Made by a program: the position numbers and the translations under genes. This document shows, in pieces, positions 1-15,040 of a stretch of 64,000 nucleotides of DNA. A model generated the notes under the pieces. That model saw only the letters and a program-made list of their open reading frames with translations, made no database searches and was not told the origin of the DNA. The stretch lies in the NCBI RefSeq assembly GCF_009914755.1, contig NC_060930.1; one strand, written 5' to 3'. Each line of letters starts with the position of its first letter. Position 1 is the stretch's first letter. Origin of the DNA: the human T2T-CHM13v2.0 reference genome, Homo sapiens.

Positions 1-679
1 ATACAAGAACACACATACTAAAAGGTCCATCTTCTGAGTATTTTGTTTTCCTGAACTTAAGCTAAACGTTAAAAAAAAAAGCACTTATCTATGAAACTAA
101 GTTTGCTCAGCCAATCCCACCTTCTATTTGAAATAAAACAAAATGATTAAACTGCTACAATTAGAAATAACAGAAATCAGGCGGCTACAATTAGACATCT
201 CGGCTACCAACCCAGCTATGCATCTAACAACACAGACCAAACAACCCTAACTTTTAAGTTTCAGACGCTAACCCTCTACCCTCGCCGGCTGGCATAAGAA
301 ACGTGTACATGAGGTCCAGTTTTAATGGTCTTCCACAGAGCAGAGGCTATGTTTCAATTTCTACTTTACTGTCTTACAGCAGCAAGGAGCACGGAGTGGC
401 GGTCCACATAAAAACTCAAATGACATGACTGTAATGGGAAACCCTAAAAACCAAGGCTGTATCGCAATCACCAAGTAAACTTGAGCAAAGCGAGCCTGAA
501 GAGGGAAACACAGCGCATGAGAGGACGGCAGGGAGACCGGCCTTGTGCGGACCCCCTCAGCTCAGGGTTCTGAGGCCTGCAGGAGCCCGGGGCAGCGCCA
601 TCACGGCGGTGACTCCTAAATAGGCTTCAGCAGATGGGGGAAGGGCGAAAGTGAAAGCCGCAGCTCTCTGGGGTTTTTA

Positions 680-829
<150 letters not shown>

Positions 830-1469
830 TCACGGCGAGATGGCTGCCTTGACCGGACGTTACGCCACTTCCGGCTTCTCCTGAAGTTCGCTCCCGGCCT
901 CTCTATCTCACGCTAGTCGTTGCTCCTGGAGGGCTGCACGGCGGCTTGTCCCTTTGGTAGTTGAATCCCGCCCATTCCAAAAAGCGCTGACAGGGATGTA
1001 AAGGGTTTTTTTTGTTTGTTTTTTGTTTTTTTCCCCCTCGAAGAAAACATTGGAATTCACCCCAATGGACAAAAATTTAAGTCTGACCATACAAAAAAAT
1101 TGTCAGAACTATGGCGCAACGGCAACTCGAATAACGGTGGGAACGTTAATTGTCCTGGCTAATAAAAAATGTATATAACATTTCCTATCCTTAAAGAGCT
1201 CACAACCTCACTGATAATAAAAAGTACAAAGAAAACAAGCAGTATAACATATGATTACGCCACAATGAACTACAGAAGGGAAAATCAAGGCGTGCTGAAG
1301 TCCCACTAAGAAACAACTGCGGAAAGAGCCATGTGACAACAGTGCATGAACTGGGAGTGGCAGAACTGAATATAAATGCATGTGTAAACACAAGCTGTTT
1401 GTTTTGCTTAGTGTTCCTTGTCATTCTACACGCTTGAAGATCAGCTAGCGTTCTTGCTGACAGGTAAGG

Positions 1470-1635
1470 AGGACGCGCTTACTGAGTGCCAAGCACTGCT
1501 CAGGCACTGATTCTGTCAATCTCTGTCAATCTCCCGACAGCCCAAGGGTAAGCACTGTTATCATTATTCAATTTTACAGAAAAAAAATGCGGGGGAGAGG
1601 TCAGGTAACTTGTCGAAGGTAACGCCGCTAGTTGC
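1470..1635 (-). mobile_element. MIR SINE fragment in the intergenic promoter spacer
   Basis: MIR-like core 'ttatcattattcaattttacaga...gagaggtcaggtaacttgtcgaaggtaac', recognised by eye. Confidence 0.6.
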
Positions 1636-1638
1636 TTT

Positions 1639-1690
1639 AAACAACAACAACAACAACAACAAAACACACTCACACATATACACACACACG
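1639..1690. repeat. (CAA)n followed by (CA)n/(TA) microsatellite
   Basis: aacaacaacaacaacaacaacaaaacacactcacacatatacacacacac. Confidence 0.9.
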
Positions 1691-1883
1691 CCATTTAAAA
1701 ATCGATCTTTCCTACGTCCAGCAAGGGCCAATTAGAGATGGCTGTGGCACGGCGGCCCCGCCCCGGAACTCCTCAAGAGCTTCGCCCCTCCTTACCTATG
1801 GAAACACAGGAAGTGACCTATGCTCACACTTCTCACGGCCTCGGCCCTAGTGGGAGCAACTCGCTGAAGCCGAGGGCAGAACT

Positions 1884-2014
1884 GGCGGAAGTGACATTAT
1901 CAACGCGCGCCAGGGGTTCAGTGAGGTCGGGCAGGTTCGCTGTGGCGGGCGCCTGGGCCGCCGGCTGTTTAACTTCGCTTCCGCTGGCCCATAGTGATCT
2001 TTGCAGTGACCCAG
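1884..2014 (+). other. TBP: TBP non-coding exon 1 (5' end approximate)
   Basis: Matches the recalled TBP mRNA 5'UTR. Ends ...GTGACCCAG|gtaaca donor at 2014/2015. Contains no ATG. Confidence 0.85.
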
Positions 2015-4578
2015 GTAACAGATTGTACTCTTTTCTGACGGTTCGGGCGAAGGCCACCACTGCACTGAGGCCTGGGGGCAATGGTGGGGAAGAGACTAGG
2101 AATTGGCGCGCGTGCAGGCCCCTCGGGGGACGTTCCTCCCTTTCGTGCTGCCGCCGTTCCGGCCTGTAACGGCCACTCGGCCGCCACTCCCGCCTGGTGC
2201 CCTACTCTGCTGTGTTTCGCAGGCAGCTTCCCATCGTACGATTGTGGGGCTCAGGGTACTACTGGCTGGCTGGGCGGCGGCAGGCGGGACAGGACAGTCC
2301 CTTGCATCGAAGACCCTAAGTTTACCCTGCCCTGTCCTGCCATCCGCTTCTTCTCCATGTTAGAAGCAGATTCACCCAGATCTGTGCCCGCCTGTTTTGC
2401 TGCCAACATTGAGACTTAAATATTTTGTCAGAAGCCTGAGACAGCGGGCACGGTAGCGCTTAAGATATAATACACACCACTTTATTTGCAGGGTCTCCCG
2501 TCTCTCGGTTCAGGCCATCATGGTTTTCCAAATCTCTAGGTAGACTTTTCTGTGAAAAGACTGTGCTTCATTTAGTTATACAGACACTAGAAGGCTATGC
2601 AGAATTAATTTGATTGCCTCCAAAAAATATCGGATTTGATGTTTCAATTTCCAGGAGATGAAGATACCCAGCAAACAACTCTTTTCTGAGGATAAATTAG
2701 TGCAGTAATCACTGTGCGGTTTCTTCTGTAGACTTACTTGCAAAAAGTGGCCTGAAGCCACCGAAGGTCCTGGATAAATCTCTAATCATACTTATAATGG
2801 CTTTAAATCCTGCCGTCATTATCTCTTGCCTCAACCTTAGATTCCTGAAACGAAACTTCCGTCCTCCAGTTTTACTCCTCTCAAATTCATCTAGTCTTGC
2901 CAAATTAGATCTGTTCATACTGCACTTCCAAAATTCCATAACTGTTATTATTGCCTATGCAATAACATTGAAAACTCCTGATAGTATGAGCCCACCAATA
3001 TGTGCTGTCTCATCTGCTGCAGTGACCTTCTATACAGTCATACTAAGCTTGTCGCCTGCATACTGCATGCTTTTTCAATCTGTCTCTTTCTGCTTGATTT
3101 CTCTTTTGTCTGAAGCCCTGATGTGTAAATTCCTACTCACCTTGTGAGACCCAAGTTAGATGGTCCCTGCTTTGTGAAAACACTGCGCTCTCTTCACAGT
3201 GATTGGCTGTTAGTCTATATTGTCTTCTCTTCCAGGGGTGTATATGGGCTCATTCATGATCACATACTGTATTCCAGGCATAGTGCTAGATGCAGAGATC
3301 ACAAAGACATGTAGGCTGGTTTCTGCATTCAAGGAACTTAGCTTAGACCATACCTGCTGTTATAATACTATGTTTTACAGTAGTTATTTGCATACCCTTC
3401 ATATTGAACACTTTGATGCCAAGGACTATATCCTCCTATCTTTATATCCTCATCTGCAGGACTTCTGTTATTGTTATTATAGGATAACTGTCAAAAAAAA
3501 AGTATATTTTAAAAAATATCTCTGATATATTTATTTCCAGAAGCAGAGCTTGCTTTCTTTTTTGGTCTGTTTTTCAGTGATGAGTATGTAGGATAGATAG
3601 TCTTTGGGGGCATTTGCCCTTTCAAAGTGATCGTCAGAGTCTTTCATACATTCAGCAAATATCTGAGTGTCTGTTCTGTACCAGCACATGCTTGAAGTGC
3701 ATATGCCTGAAGGATCTTTGGACATATAATTTGTAACTTTGAGACCTCTAAGTTCTATGTGAGAATATGTTGTTATAAACTCATTTCAGATGTGTAGTGA
3801 GTAAAGCGATGATGATTTAAGAAAAGTCAGATAACAGGCACAGTTTGCATTAATGTGTTCTAAAGAGGTAAGGTTATTACATTTATAAAAATTCAGGGCT
3901 TTATCTTTGTGCGGCTTTTTTTTTTTACAGTTTCATTACAGTAGGAGCTTGATAAATGATCACTCTGAAGTATATTGGATTGAATTTGATATTTACTTAA
4001 TTTTTTGCCCAAGACATTGTAGAGGATGTAAAATTGGAATATTTAAAGATCTAAACTTTGCCTAACAGTGCTGTGTATACAGTGCTTAGTGAATATTCTG
4101 CTCTGATATTACATTTTGCTTAGGAATTATTTTTCTCTAGGTGTTTTTCCTCAAAAGTTTTTAATGCTGGTTATGACAGCTCGATTTTGAGCATTTTCCG
4201 ATTATTTAAACATGTAACAAAATGATTTTTGTTTTGTTGGCGATTTTACATGCAATCGCCGGAAACATGGAAGGAATAAAACTTTAGGATTATAAGGTAA
4301 AAACAAATGTATTCCAAAATAGCTTCATTGGTTTTCATGTTTGTGTTTTGTATAGCCATAGAACTGGCTTATAGGACTGTACAGGTTACCTGGATCCTTA
4401 AATTAAACTTTAGACTTTTTTCCAAAGCAGCATCACTGTTTCTTGGCGTGTGAAGATAACCCAAGGAATTGAGGAAGTTGCTGAGAAGAGTGTGCTGGAG
4501 ATGCTCTAGGAAAAAATTGAATAGTGAGACGAGTTCCAGCGCAAGGGTTTCTGGTTTGCCAAGAAGAAAGTGAACATC

Positions 4579-4632
4579 ATGGATCAGAACAACAGCCTGC
4601 CACCTTACGCTCAGGGCTTGGCCTCCCCTCAG
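4579..4632 (+). CDS. TBP: TATA-box binding protein, coding part of exon 2 (exon starts at 4428 or 4431)
   Basis: ATG 4579 encodes MDQNNSLPPYAQGLASPQ (54 nt). Donor CAG|gtaata. Confidence 0.97.
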
Positions 4633-4985
4633 GTAATATAGCAGGAGGGAGAGAATAGGGAGGGCGGAAATCTGAACTGCAAGAGATGGTATCAAAAGGC
4701 AAGGAAGGGCATTTAATGATCTGTTTTTGAAAATGGTTTAATATGTTTTTTAAGCCTTATTTTGTTGAGAAGTTCTATTAGGCTTTGAATAGGCACAATG
4801 GTGTTTATTTGGGAAGTCTGGAAGCTAAGTTATATATTTATGAAACACCTAATCTTTTGATAAACACTTATGAGAATGTTCCAAATGACTATATAGGGTC
4901 TTTGATTTTGAAAATCACCCTCACCAAATTATTTTCTAGTTTTATTTTTCCCCTTTTACATTTCAAGCTCTCAACCACCCATCTA

Positions 4986-5315
<330 letters not shown>

Positions 5316-6095
5316 ATAACTTTTGTTGAAATATACATACAAAAAAACTCATTTTAAGTGTCTGTTTTGATAATTATATATAATGTATAAATTACAGAAC
5401 ATTTCAGTTACCTTAAAAAGTCCCTTCTTCCCCTTTATAGTCACTCTGCTGGCCCCAGGTAACTACTGCATCTGCTTTTCAATGCTGAAGATTAGTTTTG
5501 TCTATTCTAGAATTTCATATAGATGGAATCAGAGTGTATGCTTTTTTGTGTATGTCTGACTTCTTAGCCCAGTATACTGTTTGTATATCAGTAGTTAATC
5601 CATTGTATAGCTAAGTATCACTCCATTGTTTGGATGTTCCACAGTTCATCCATTCTCCAGTTGCTCACATTTGGGGTCTTTCCAGTTTGGAGCTATTGCG
5701 AATAAAAGCACTGTAAACATATGTGTAGACTTTGAATGCACTGTTTTTACTTCTCATGGGTAAATACTTAGGAGTAGGATTGCTAGGTCCTATATTGGTA
5801 TATGTATAACTTTATAAGAAACTGCCAAACTGTTTTTTGAAGTGGCTGTATTGTTTTGCAGCATAAGAGATTTAAGTTGCTCCACATCCTCACCAACACT
5901 TTCTGCTGTCAGTCTTTTTACTTTCACTCTAGTGATTGCTTAGTAGTATCTTATTGTGGTTTTGATTTTTATTTGCCTGATTACTAATGTTTCTGAGCAC
6001 CTTGGCAAGTGCTTGTCAGCCACTCATACACAGGCCCACTTCACTTTACTGCACTTCACTTTACTGCATGTTTGACAAATTGAAGGTTGTGGTAA

Positions 6096-6534
<439 letters not shown>

Positions 6535-7767
6535 TCAAACCTTTTCATTATTATCTGTTATTGTGATCAGTGATCTTTGATGTTACTATTGTAATTATTA
6601 TTGAATGCCATAAACTGCACCTGTATAATACAGGAACTTAATTGATAAATGTCTGCAGCGTGACCAACCATTCCCCCATCTCTCTCCCTCTGCTTGGTCT
6701 TCCCTATTCCTTGAGACACAACAATATGGAAATTAGGCTAATTAATAACCTTACAGTGACTTTTAATTAAGTGTTCAGATGAAGGGAAGAGCTGCACATC
6801 TCTCATTTGAAACCAAAAGCTATAAATGATTATACTTAGTGAAGAAGGCATGTTGAAAGCTGAGACAGGCTAAAAGCTAGGCCTCTTGCACCAAATAGTT
6901 AGCCAAGTTGTGAATGCAAGGGAAAAGTTCTTAAAGGAAATTAGAAGTGCTACTCCAGTAAACCCACAAGTGATAAGAAAGCAAAACAGCCTTATTGCTT
7001 ATATGGAGAAAGTTTGAATGGTCTGGATAGAAGATCATACCACCCACACATCCCCTTAAGCCAAAGTGTAATACAGAGCAAGGCCTTAACTCTCTTCAAT
7101 TCTGTAAAGGCTGAGAGCGGAGAGGAAGCTGTAGAAGAAAGTTTTGAAACTAGCAGAGGTTTATTCAGAGCTTTAAGGAGAGAGGCCTTCTCCACAACAT
7201 AAAAATGCAACATGAAGCAGCAAGTTATCTGGAAGATCTAGCTGAGATAATTGATGAAGGTGACTATACTAAATAATAGATTTTTAATGTAGATGAAACA
7301 GCCTTCTACTGGAAGAAGATGCTATCTAGGACTTTTATAGCTAGAGAGGAGAAATCAGTGCCTAGCCTCAAAGCTTCAGAGGACTGGCTGACTAGTTAGG
7401 GGCTAATAGAGCTGGTGAGTTTAAATTGAAGCCAATGCTCATGTTCTGCTCTAAAACCATAGAGCCTTAAGAATTACGCTAAATCTACTCTGCCTGTCCT
7501 CAGTAAACAGAACAACAAAACCTGATGAGAGCACGTCTGTTTACAGCATGATTTACTGGATATTTTAAGCTCTTTGAGATCTGCTCAGAAAAAAAGTTTA
7601 ATTTCAAAATATTACTCACTGACAGTGTAACTAGTTGTCCACAAGCTCTGATGGAGAAGAACAAGGAGATTAATATTGTTTTCATGCCTGCTTAAATAAT
7701 ATATCCATTCTTCAGCCCATGGATCAAGGAGTAATTTCAACTTTCAATTCTTACTATTTAAGAAATA

Positions 7768-8030
7768 CAGCAGGGCATGGTGGCTCATGCTTGTAATCTC
7801 AGTACTTTGGGAGGCCAAGGTGGAAGGATCACTCAAAGCTAGGAGCTCAAGACCAACCTGGGTAACAAAACAAGTCCCTGTTGCTACAAAAAAAAAATTT
7901 TTTTTAATTAGCTGGTCATGGTGGCATGTGCCTGTAGTCCCAGCTACTTGGGAGGCTGAGGCGGGAGGGTCACTTGAGTCCAGAAGTTAAAGGCTACAAT
8001 GGAGACCCTGTCTCAAAGAAAGGAAGCAGG
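7768..8030 (+). mobile_element. Alu (AluJ-like, internally deleted) inserted in Tigger1
   Basis: gggcatggtggctcatgcttgtaatc...gagaccctgtctcaaa. Confidence 0.85.
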
Positions 8031-9342
8031 GAGGGACATATGCTGTAGCTGCCATAGATAGTGATTCCTCTGATGAATCTGGGCAAAGTGAATTGAAAAC
8101 CTTCTGAAAAAGATTCACCATTCTAGATGCCATTAAGAATGTTCATGATTCATGGGAGGAGGGTGAAATATCAACATGAATAAGAGTTTGGAAGAGGTTG
8201 ATTCCAACCCTCGTGGATGACTTTGAGAGGTTCTAGACTTCAGTGCTGGAAGTTACTGCAGGTGTAGTGGAAATAGCAAGTGAACTAGAATTAGAAGTGA
8301 ACCTGAAGATGTGACTGAATTGCTGCAATTTTTTGATAAAACCTGAACAGATGAGGAGTTGCTTCTTGTGAGTAAGCAAAGAAAGTGGTTTCTTGAGATA
8401 GAATTGACTCCTGGTGAAGAACTGATGACTTTAGAATATTACATAAACTTAGTTGATAAAGCAGCAGCAGGGTTTGAGAGGATTGACTCCAATTTTGAAA
8501 TAAGTTCTAGTGTGGGTAAAATGCTGTCAAATAGTATCATATGCTACAGAGACATCTTCAGTGAAAGGAAGAGTCAGTCAGTGTGGCAAACTTCGTCAGT
8601 CTTATTTTAAGAAATTGCCACAGCTACCACCCTGATCAGTCAGCAGCCATCAACATCGAGGCAAGATCCTCTGTCAGCAAAAAGATTATGATTTGCTGCA
8701 GGCTCACATGATTGTTAGCATTTTTAGCAATAAAGCATTTTTAAATTAAGTTATATACATATTATTAGACATAATGCTATTGCACACTTAATAGACTTTA
8801 GTGCTAACATAACTTTTGTAGGCACTGGGAAACCAAAAAATTCATGCCGCTTGCTTTATTGAGATGGTCTGGAACCTAACCTGTAGTATCTCCGAGGTAT
8901 GCCTGTATCTTCATTTGTAATATGTCCTTCACATCTTTTGCCCTTTTTTATTATTTTATTTGTTGATCTTCTTTTATGGAGTTGTCAGAGCTCTTTATTA
9001 TTCTGTTTACCAGTCCTTTCTCAGATGTATGTATTATAGGTATTTTTTTCCCAGTCTGGCCTGCCTTTTAATTTTCTCAATGGTGTCTTTCAAAGAACAG
9101 AAGTTTTTAATTTTTCCGAAGTTCAGTTTATCCATTTTTCTTCATGTTTATCCACTGTGTGGTATTAAAGAAGAAAGCAATGTGTATAAGAATAGCTGGT
9201 TCTTCCGTAATTAATGTTTAATAACCCCATTATTCTCCGAAGGCATCTGTCTTTGCACACCTGACCTGCTGTTCCACCAAGAAAGTTCCACAAACACTTA
9301 GCAGCAGCCAGCCTAACCTGTTTTTCTCCTTGCTTTCCACAG

Positions 9343-9474
9343 GGTGCCATGACTCCCGGAATCCCTATCTTTAGTCCAATGATGCCTTATGGCACTGGAC
9401 TGACCCCACAGCCTATTCAGAACACCAATAGTCTGTCTATTTTGGAAGAGCAACAAAGGCAGCAGCAGCAACAA

Positions 9475-9573
<99 letters not shown>

Positions 9574-9785
9574 GCAGTGGCAGCTGCAGCCGTTCAGCAG
9601 TCAACGTCCCAGCAGGCAACACAGGGAACCTCAGGCCAGGCACCACAGCTCTTCCACTCACAGACTCTCACAACTGCACCCTTGCCGGGCACCACTCCAC
9701 TGTATCCCTCCCCCATGACTCCCATGACCCCCATCACTCCTGCCACGCCAGCTTCGGAGAGTTCTGGGATTGTACCGCAGCTGCA
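9343..9785 (+). CDS. TBP: TBP exon 3 (polyQ exon)
   Basis: cacag|GGT GCC ATG ACT...CTG CA|gtgag; 443 nt. ORF track 9349..9789 reads [10 protein letters not shown]...Q38...SSGIVPQLQ. Confidence 0.99.
9460..9573 (+). repeat. TBP: TBP CAG/CAA polyglutamine repeat (SCA17 locus), 38 Gln
   Basis: (CAG)3(CAA)3(CAG)11 CAA CAG CAA (CAG)16 CAA CAG, counted from the sequence. Confidence 0.97.
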
Positions 9786-12096
9786 GTGAGTACTTCGTGT
9801 TTTATGTTTCCTCCCACTTAGGAGTCCCTTTGAGTTATGTTCCTGCTCTGTTTTCAGATGGATCCTTTTATTAAGGGAGGGAGTGGCACTAACGGTAATT
9901 GTGTATCAAAATTTGCTTTATCTCACATTTGGGAAAGGGAAGCAAAGCTATCTTAGTCAGTGTCCTCAGTAAAAGGCTCTTAACAGGTTTAGAAATGTGG
10001 TCATTTGTGTTTACATACCTGAGCCAATAAAATTTAATCTGACTTTCACTGTCGTTGTTATTATATTATAGACATTTCCCTGTATCTGATATCGCTAAAT
10101 CACAATGTTAGGTAGTCTCTTTCCCTTATGCTATTTTAGGTCTTTAGTCACAATATCAGTATAATTTCTGGTAGTTCTTGTTTTTTGTTTTTACTATGGG
10201 TGCTGCATATAAATCTTTGAAGGTCTGTGTCCTTCCCACAAAATGAAGACGACTGTTTTTGTCATAAATGGATTTTTCTACCTAAATGAAGTGGGTTCTA
10301 TATGTAACAGTGTAGTAGGGGTAGGAAATAATTTCATCTTCCTGAAAAACCAGCAAATATTTCCAAATAATTCCAGTCAATAAGAAGTGTATAGCTTTTC
10401 ATTTTAGAAAGCTTATGACCAAATTAAAAGGTTACTTGCAGTCTCTGCATCTCCTCAGTTTTCTTGTACAGATACCTTCCTCCTTCATACTCCCTTTAGA
10501 TCTAGTATTTCCTATTTGCATTTATTCACCTTGTTACATATATGGTTGTTGTTTATAAGCTATCTCTCATCATTTTTGGAACTAAGTGGTGTGTAATCGT
10601 GGATGCTGACTTTCACCCAAAGACCTAAATCTTGCCTCCACAATTTTGTTTGACCCCACACACAATTTTAAAAACAAAGTAATTTTAGTGATTTTAGAGA
10701 GAGCCCTTTTTAGCTCACCCTTGTCTATACCACTCCCATGTGTCCAGCATGCTTGTCTGACTCCCAGGAATATTTAAGTTTGCATTTCTGATTTAAATAA
10801 TAAATTATAAACAGTACAGTCAGGTGTTTGTTTCTTGCGAGTGCCTTTGCTGTTCTGATACTCCCCAGAGCATCCAGTCATCCACATTCCTGAATTTCCA
10901 CTATCTACTAAGAACCCTCCCGGGTGGTAGTTCAGTGCCCTCTCCATCTTGTAGGCTTAAGAGGGATTAAGGTAAATATTTAATTAATGAAAATATATAA
11001 GAATACATTTAACAATTATGTGACTAAAGTTGTGATAGATATACTAAAATCTACTTGGTATAGTTCATAAGTGGACAAATGCTAAAGGCAGGTGTGTATA
11101 CAAGGGTGATTGGAAGGAAATAGATGATATGGAAATGAAAACATTCATTGTGTGGATCAACCTAATTGGCTTTACAGTTGTGTATCATAGACTGTACAAG
11201 AAAAAGAACCAGAAGCAACAATGAGCTGAAACCTATTGTATTTGAACCTATGTATTTGAAATCTGGACTCGATATTCTTGGGATGGTGATTTCCAGGTCC
11301 ATGCGAGACAGTTGTTGAGCAGTTAATTGCATTCAAAGGGCATTGCCCATTTCAACTATATATACTTTCATAAGCAGAAAAATGTATAATGAAAATGTGG
11401 GTTTGTTGTTTAAATTTTTATTAAAATTTCTAATAGAGTTGCTTTTTAGTATATCTTTATCCTTGTATAAGTTATTCGTTAAGTGATTTAAGAACACTGA
11501 GAAATGAAAAGGGTCAGTGGACCCAGATGGCTCCATTTATCCTTATTTACTGAGAGTTAATTAGAAGAGAAAGCAGGGTTTTGCCTTTTTTTTTTGCTAA
11601 AGACACTTAGCTCTTGTTTTTCAAAAGATACTTACTTTGAGAGAACTGGGCAGTTCATGCCTGCTTGTTTTCATTATAAATAGTTACTTAGGAATAGGGT
11701 GGTGGTGGTAGCTTTTCAGAGCTCACAGATGAGAATTGAGTTTGTCTGTGAGAAGGCTAAGGGCAGGCTCTGGAGACAGACAGACTCAAATCCTGGCTCC
11801 TCCACTTGGGAGCCATTGCGTCCTGAGCAAGTTGCACTCTACCTTTAAGCCTCAGCTTATTTATCCAAATGTGGGAATACTGGTAACTTCTACCTCAGTG
11901 CGTTATATGTATTAAATGGAATAATCTATATAAAATGCTCAACATGTGCATGATACTTGTTAAACAATAAATGTGAGCAATTAAAAAAAAGTAAAGCCTG
12001 GTTGAAATAATCAGATGTCTGCATAATTTCTAACGCCTCATCCAATGAAACTTAAGTAATTTAAATAGTCGTGTTTTCTTTTTAAATCTCTTACAG

Positions 12097-12184
12097 AAAT
12101 ATTGTATCCACAGTGAATCTTGGTTGTAAACTTGACCTAAAGACCATTGCACTTCGTGCCCGAAACGCCGAATATAATCCCAAG
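12097..12184 (+). CDS. TBP: TBP exon 4
   Basis: ttacag|A AAT ATT GTA... [29 protein letters not shown]|gttaga; 88 nt. Confidence 0.98.
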
Positions 12185-12290
12185 GTTAGATCTATTTTAA
12201 TGTATTTCTTTTTTTTTTCTTTTTTGTCTCCTCTGCCGTGTCTCTATATTTTAATGTATTTCACGCTATAAAACAAATGTCTGTAGATCA

Positions 12291-12709
<419 letters not shown>

Positions 12710-13310
12710 TCAAAGAGTTTGTGTTATGCTTATTCCTTGACACCAATAAAATGAAGATCTAAAGTAAAATGTGCATTGTTTTGTATCTTTTATTGAGTGT
12801 CTGTGATATAAGAATCCCTGGGAGTACAGCAGTCTATAAAATAAGCTAAGTTATATATGTATTGTATTGGGATCATGTGAAGAATTTTGTATATGTATAG
12901 GGATGATGTTAGCCAGCTATAGTAGGCAAAGTAATTTGGATAAACATTAGCTGGGTTGAGAGAAATGTTAAGTAATGGACTTAGGGTGCATTTTAAAATC
13001 CCTGAAACATAATGCCTGAGATCTGAAAGACAGCTAAGGGTCTGAAAATCACCTTTTAACCACTCATAATGAGTCTGTATGACATGTAGCATTCTAAGAA
13101 TTAATCTTTCATCTATTATAATCACATTTAGTTGAATACATAATTTTATTACTTTACGATCTTAAGTGATATTTAACCAATAAAAATAGTAGAGGAAATT
13201 CTGGAAATTCAAAATAGCTAGGCTTTTCCTGGGACGTATATAAACTACTATATACTGCTAGCTTTTTTAGATGTTGATAAAATCACAGGGAAGACATAGA
13301 GCAGGTTTTA

Positions 13311-13642
<332 letters not shown>

Positions 13643-14456
13643 AATTGTTAAAGCAATCTAGTTTGTCAAAGAGTCGTCTTAATTAGAAACATGTAGGTTT
13701 TTATTGTATAATTAAATGTATTAAAATATTTAAGTTGTTTCAAAGTAATTATTTGCTTTTTATCATGTACCTAATAACTGAGGCCATTAATTCAACCCAC
13801 AGTTGAAATATTTTCCCCTTGAGTTACCACCTTAGCAAGAAAATTTTCTGAAAGAATTAACATGTTTCAAGCATAAAAAGCAGAAAATAAAAGTTAAAAC
13901 TGTGTTTTTTTCCTAATTTGCATTTATGTGTTTAATACATTAATATTGTTTCTAAAGACCAATTGAAAGCATGATTTTACTTCATTACGTATTGATAGGC
14001 TTGTAATCTGATTTATTAATTCCATTAAGGTAGAAAAGGTTTATTGGTTTATTTGCCTCAAAATTCATATTAATAAAACAAAATGTATCATTAGAGAAGC
14101 TATAGTCATGATAAGCAGCAAATATAAAGTAGAAACAGAAGCACTTGTATTTATTGAGAACATAACCAAATTTTGCAAACATTTCTCTTGATGGAATGCT
14201 CATGTGAAAGAACATACAGATTTGGTATAACTTAGTCACAATTGATTATTTTCTGCTCCTTATGCAAAGGAATATTTGTTACATGTGGTGTATGCAAATC
14301 CTTTACAGATATACAGAAATACAGAACAAATATTTTGATAACTAGATGTACTATGTCCTTCCTACCAGTTGTGATTTTTTTGTCAATGGGTGGTTCGCCT
14401 AACAACATTGAGCAGTTTGGCATGACCTCACTAATGATTCTCTCTGACCATTGTAG

Positions 14457-14548
14457 CGGTTTGCTGCGGTAATCATGAGGATAAGAGAGCCACGAACCAC
14501 GGCACTGATTTTCAGTTCTGGGAAAATGGTGTGCACAGGAGCCAAGAG
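14457..14548 (+). CDS. TBP: TBP exon 5
   Basis: tgtag|CGG TTT GCT... [32 protein letters not shown]|gtagcc; 92 nt. Confidence 0.98.
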
Positions 14549-14713
14549 GTAGCCGTAAGAAATTCATTCTTCTGGTCTATGGGTTATGAATGAAAAGGTG
14601 ATATCTCATTGTTTTTAGGTTATTAGGTTAGCACTTTAACATGTTATTATTGCTTTCTTATAAAAACCATTTTAATATGATTCTATTAATTATTTTTATT
14701 TATTTATTTATTA

Positions 14714-15040
<327 letters not shown>

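Noticed and set aside
1738-2419. ORFs of 143, 112 and 86 aa around TBP exon 1
   Set aside because: GC-rich promoter/intron sequence. They cross the exon 1 donor or lie in the intron and have no recognisable homology.
6800-8610. Possible domesticated pogo transposase gene
   Set aside because: The frame is broken by stops, frameshifts and an Alu; the longest pieces are under 90 aa.
9313-9661. Antisense poly-Leu and poly-Ala ORFs
   Set aside because: Simply other frames of the CAG/CTG repeat; no promoter or splice support at this normal length.
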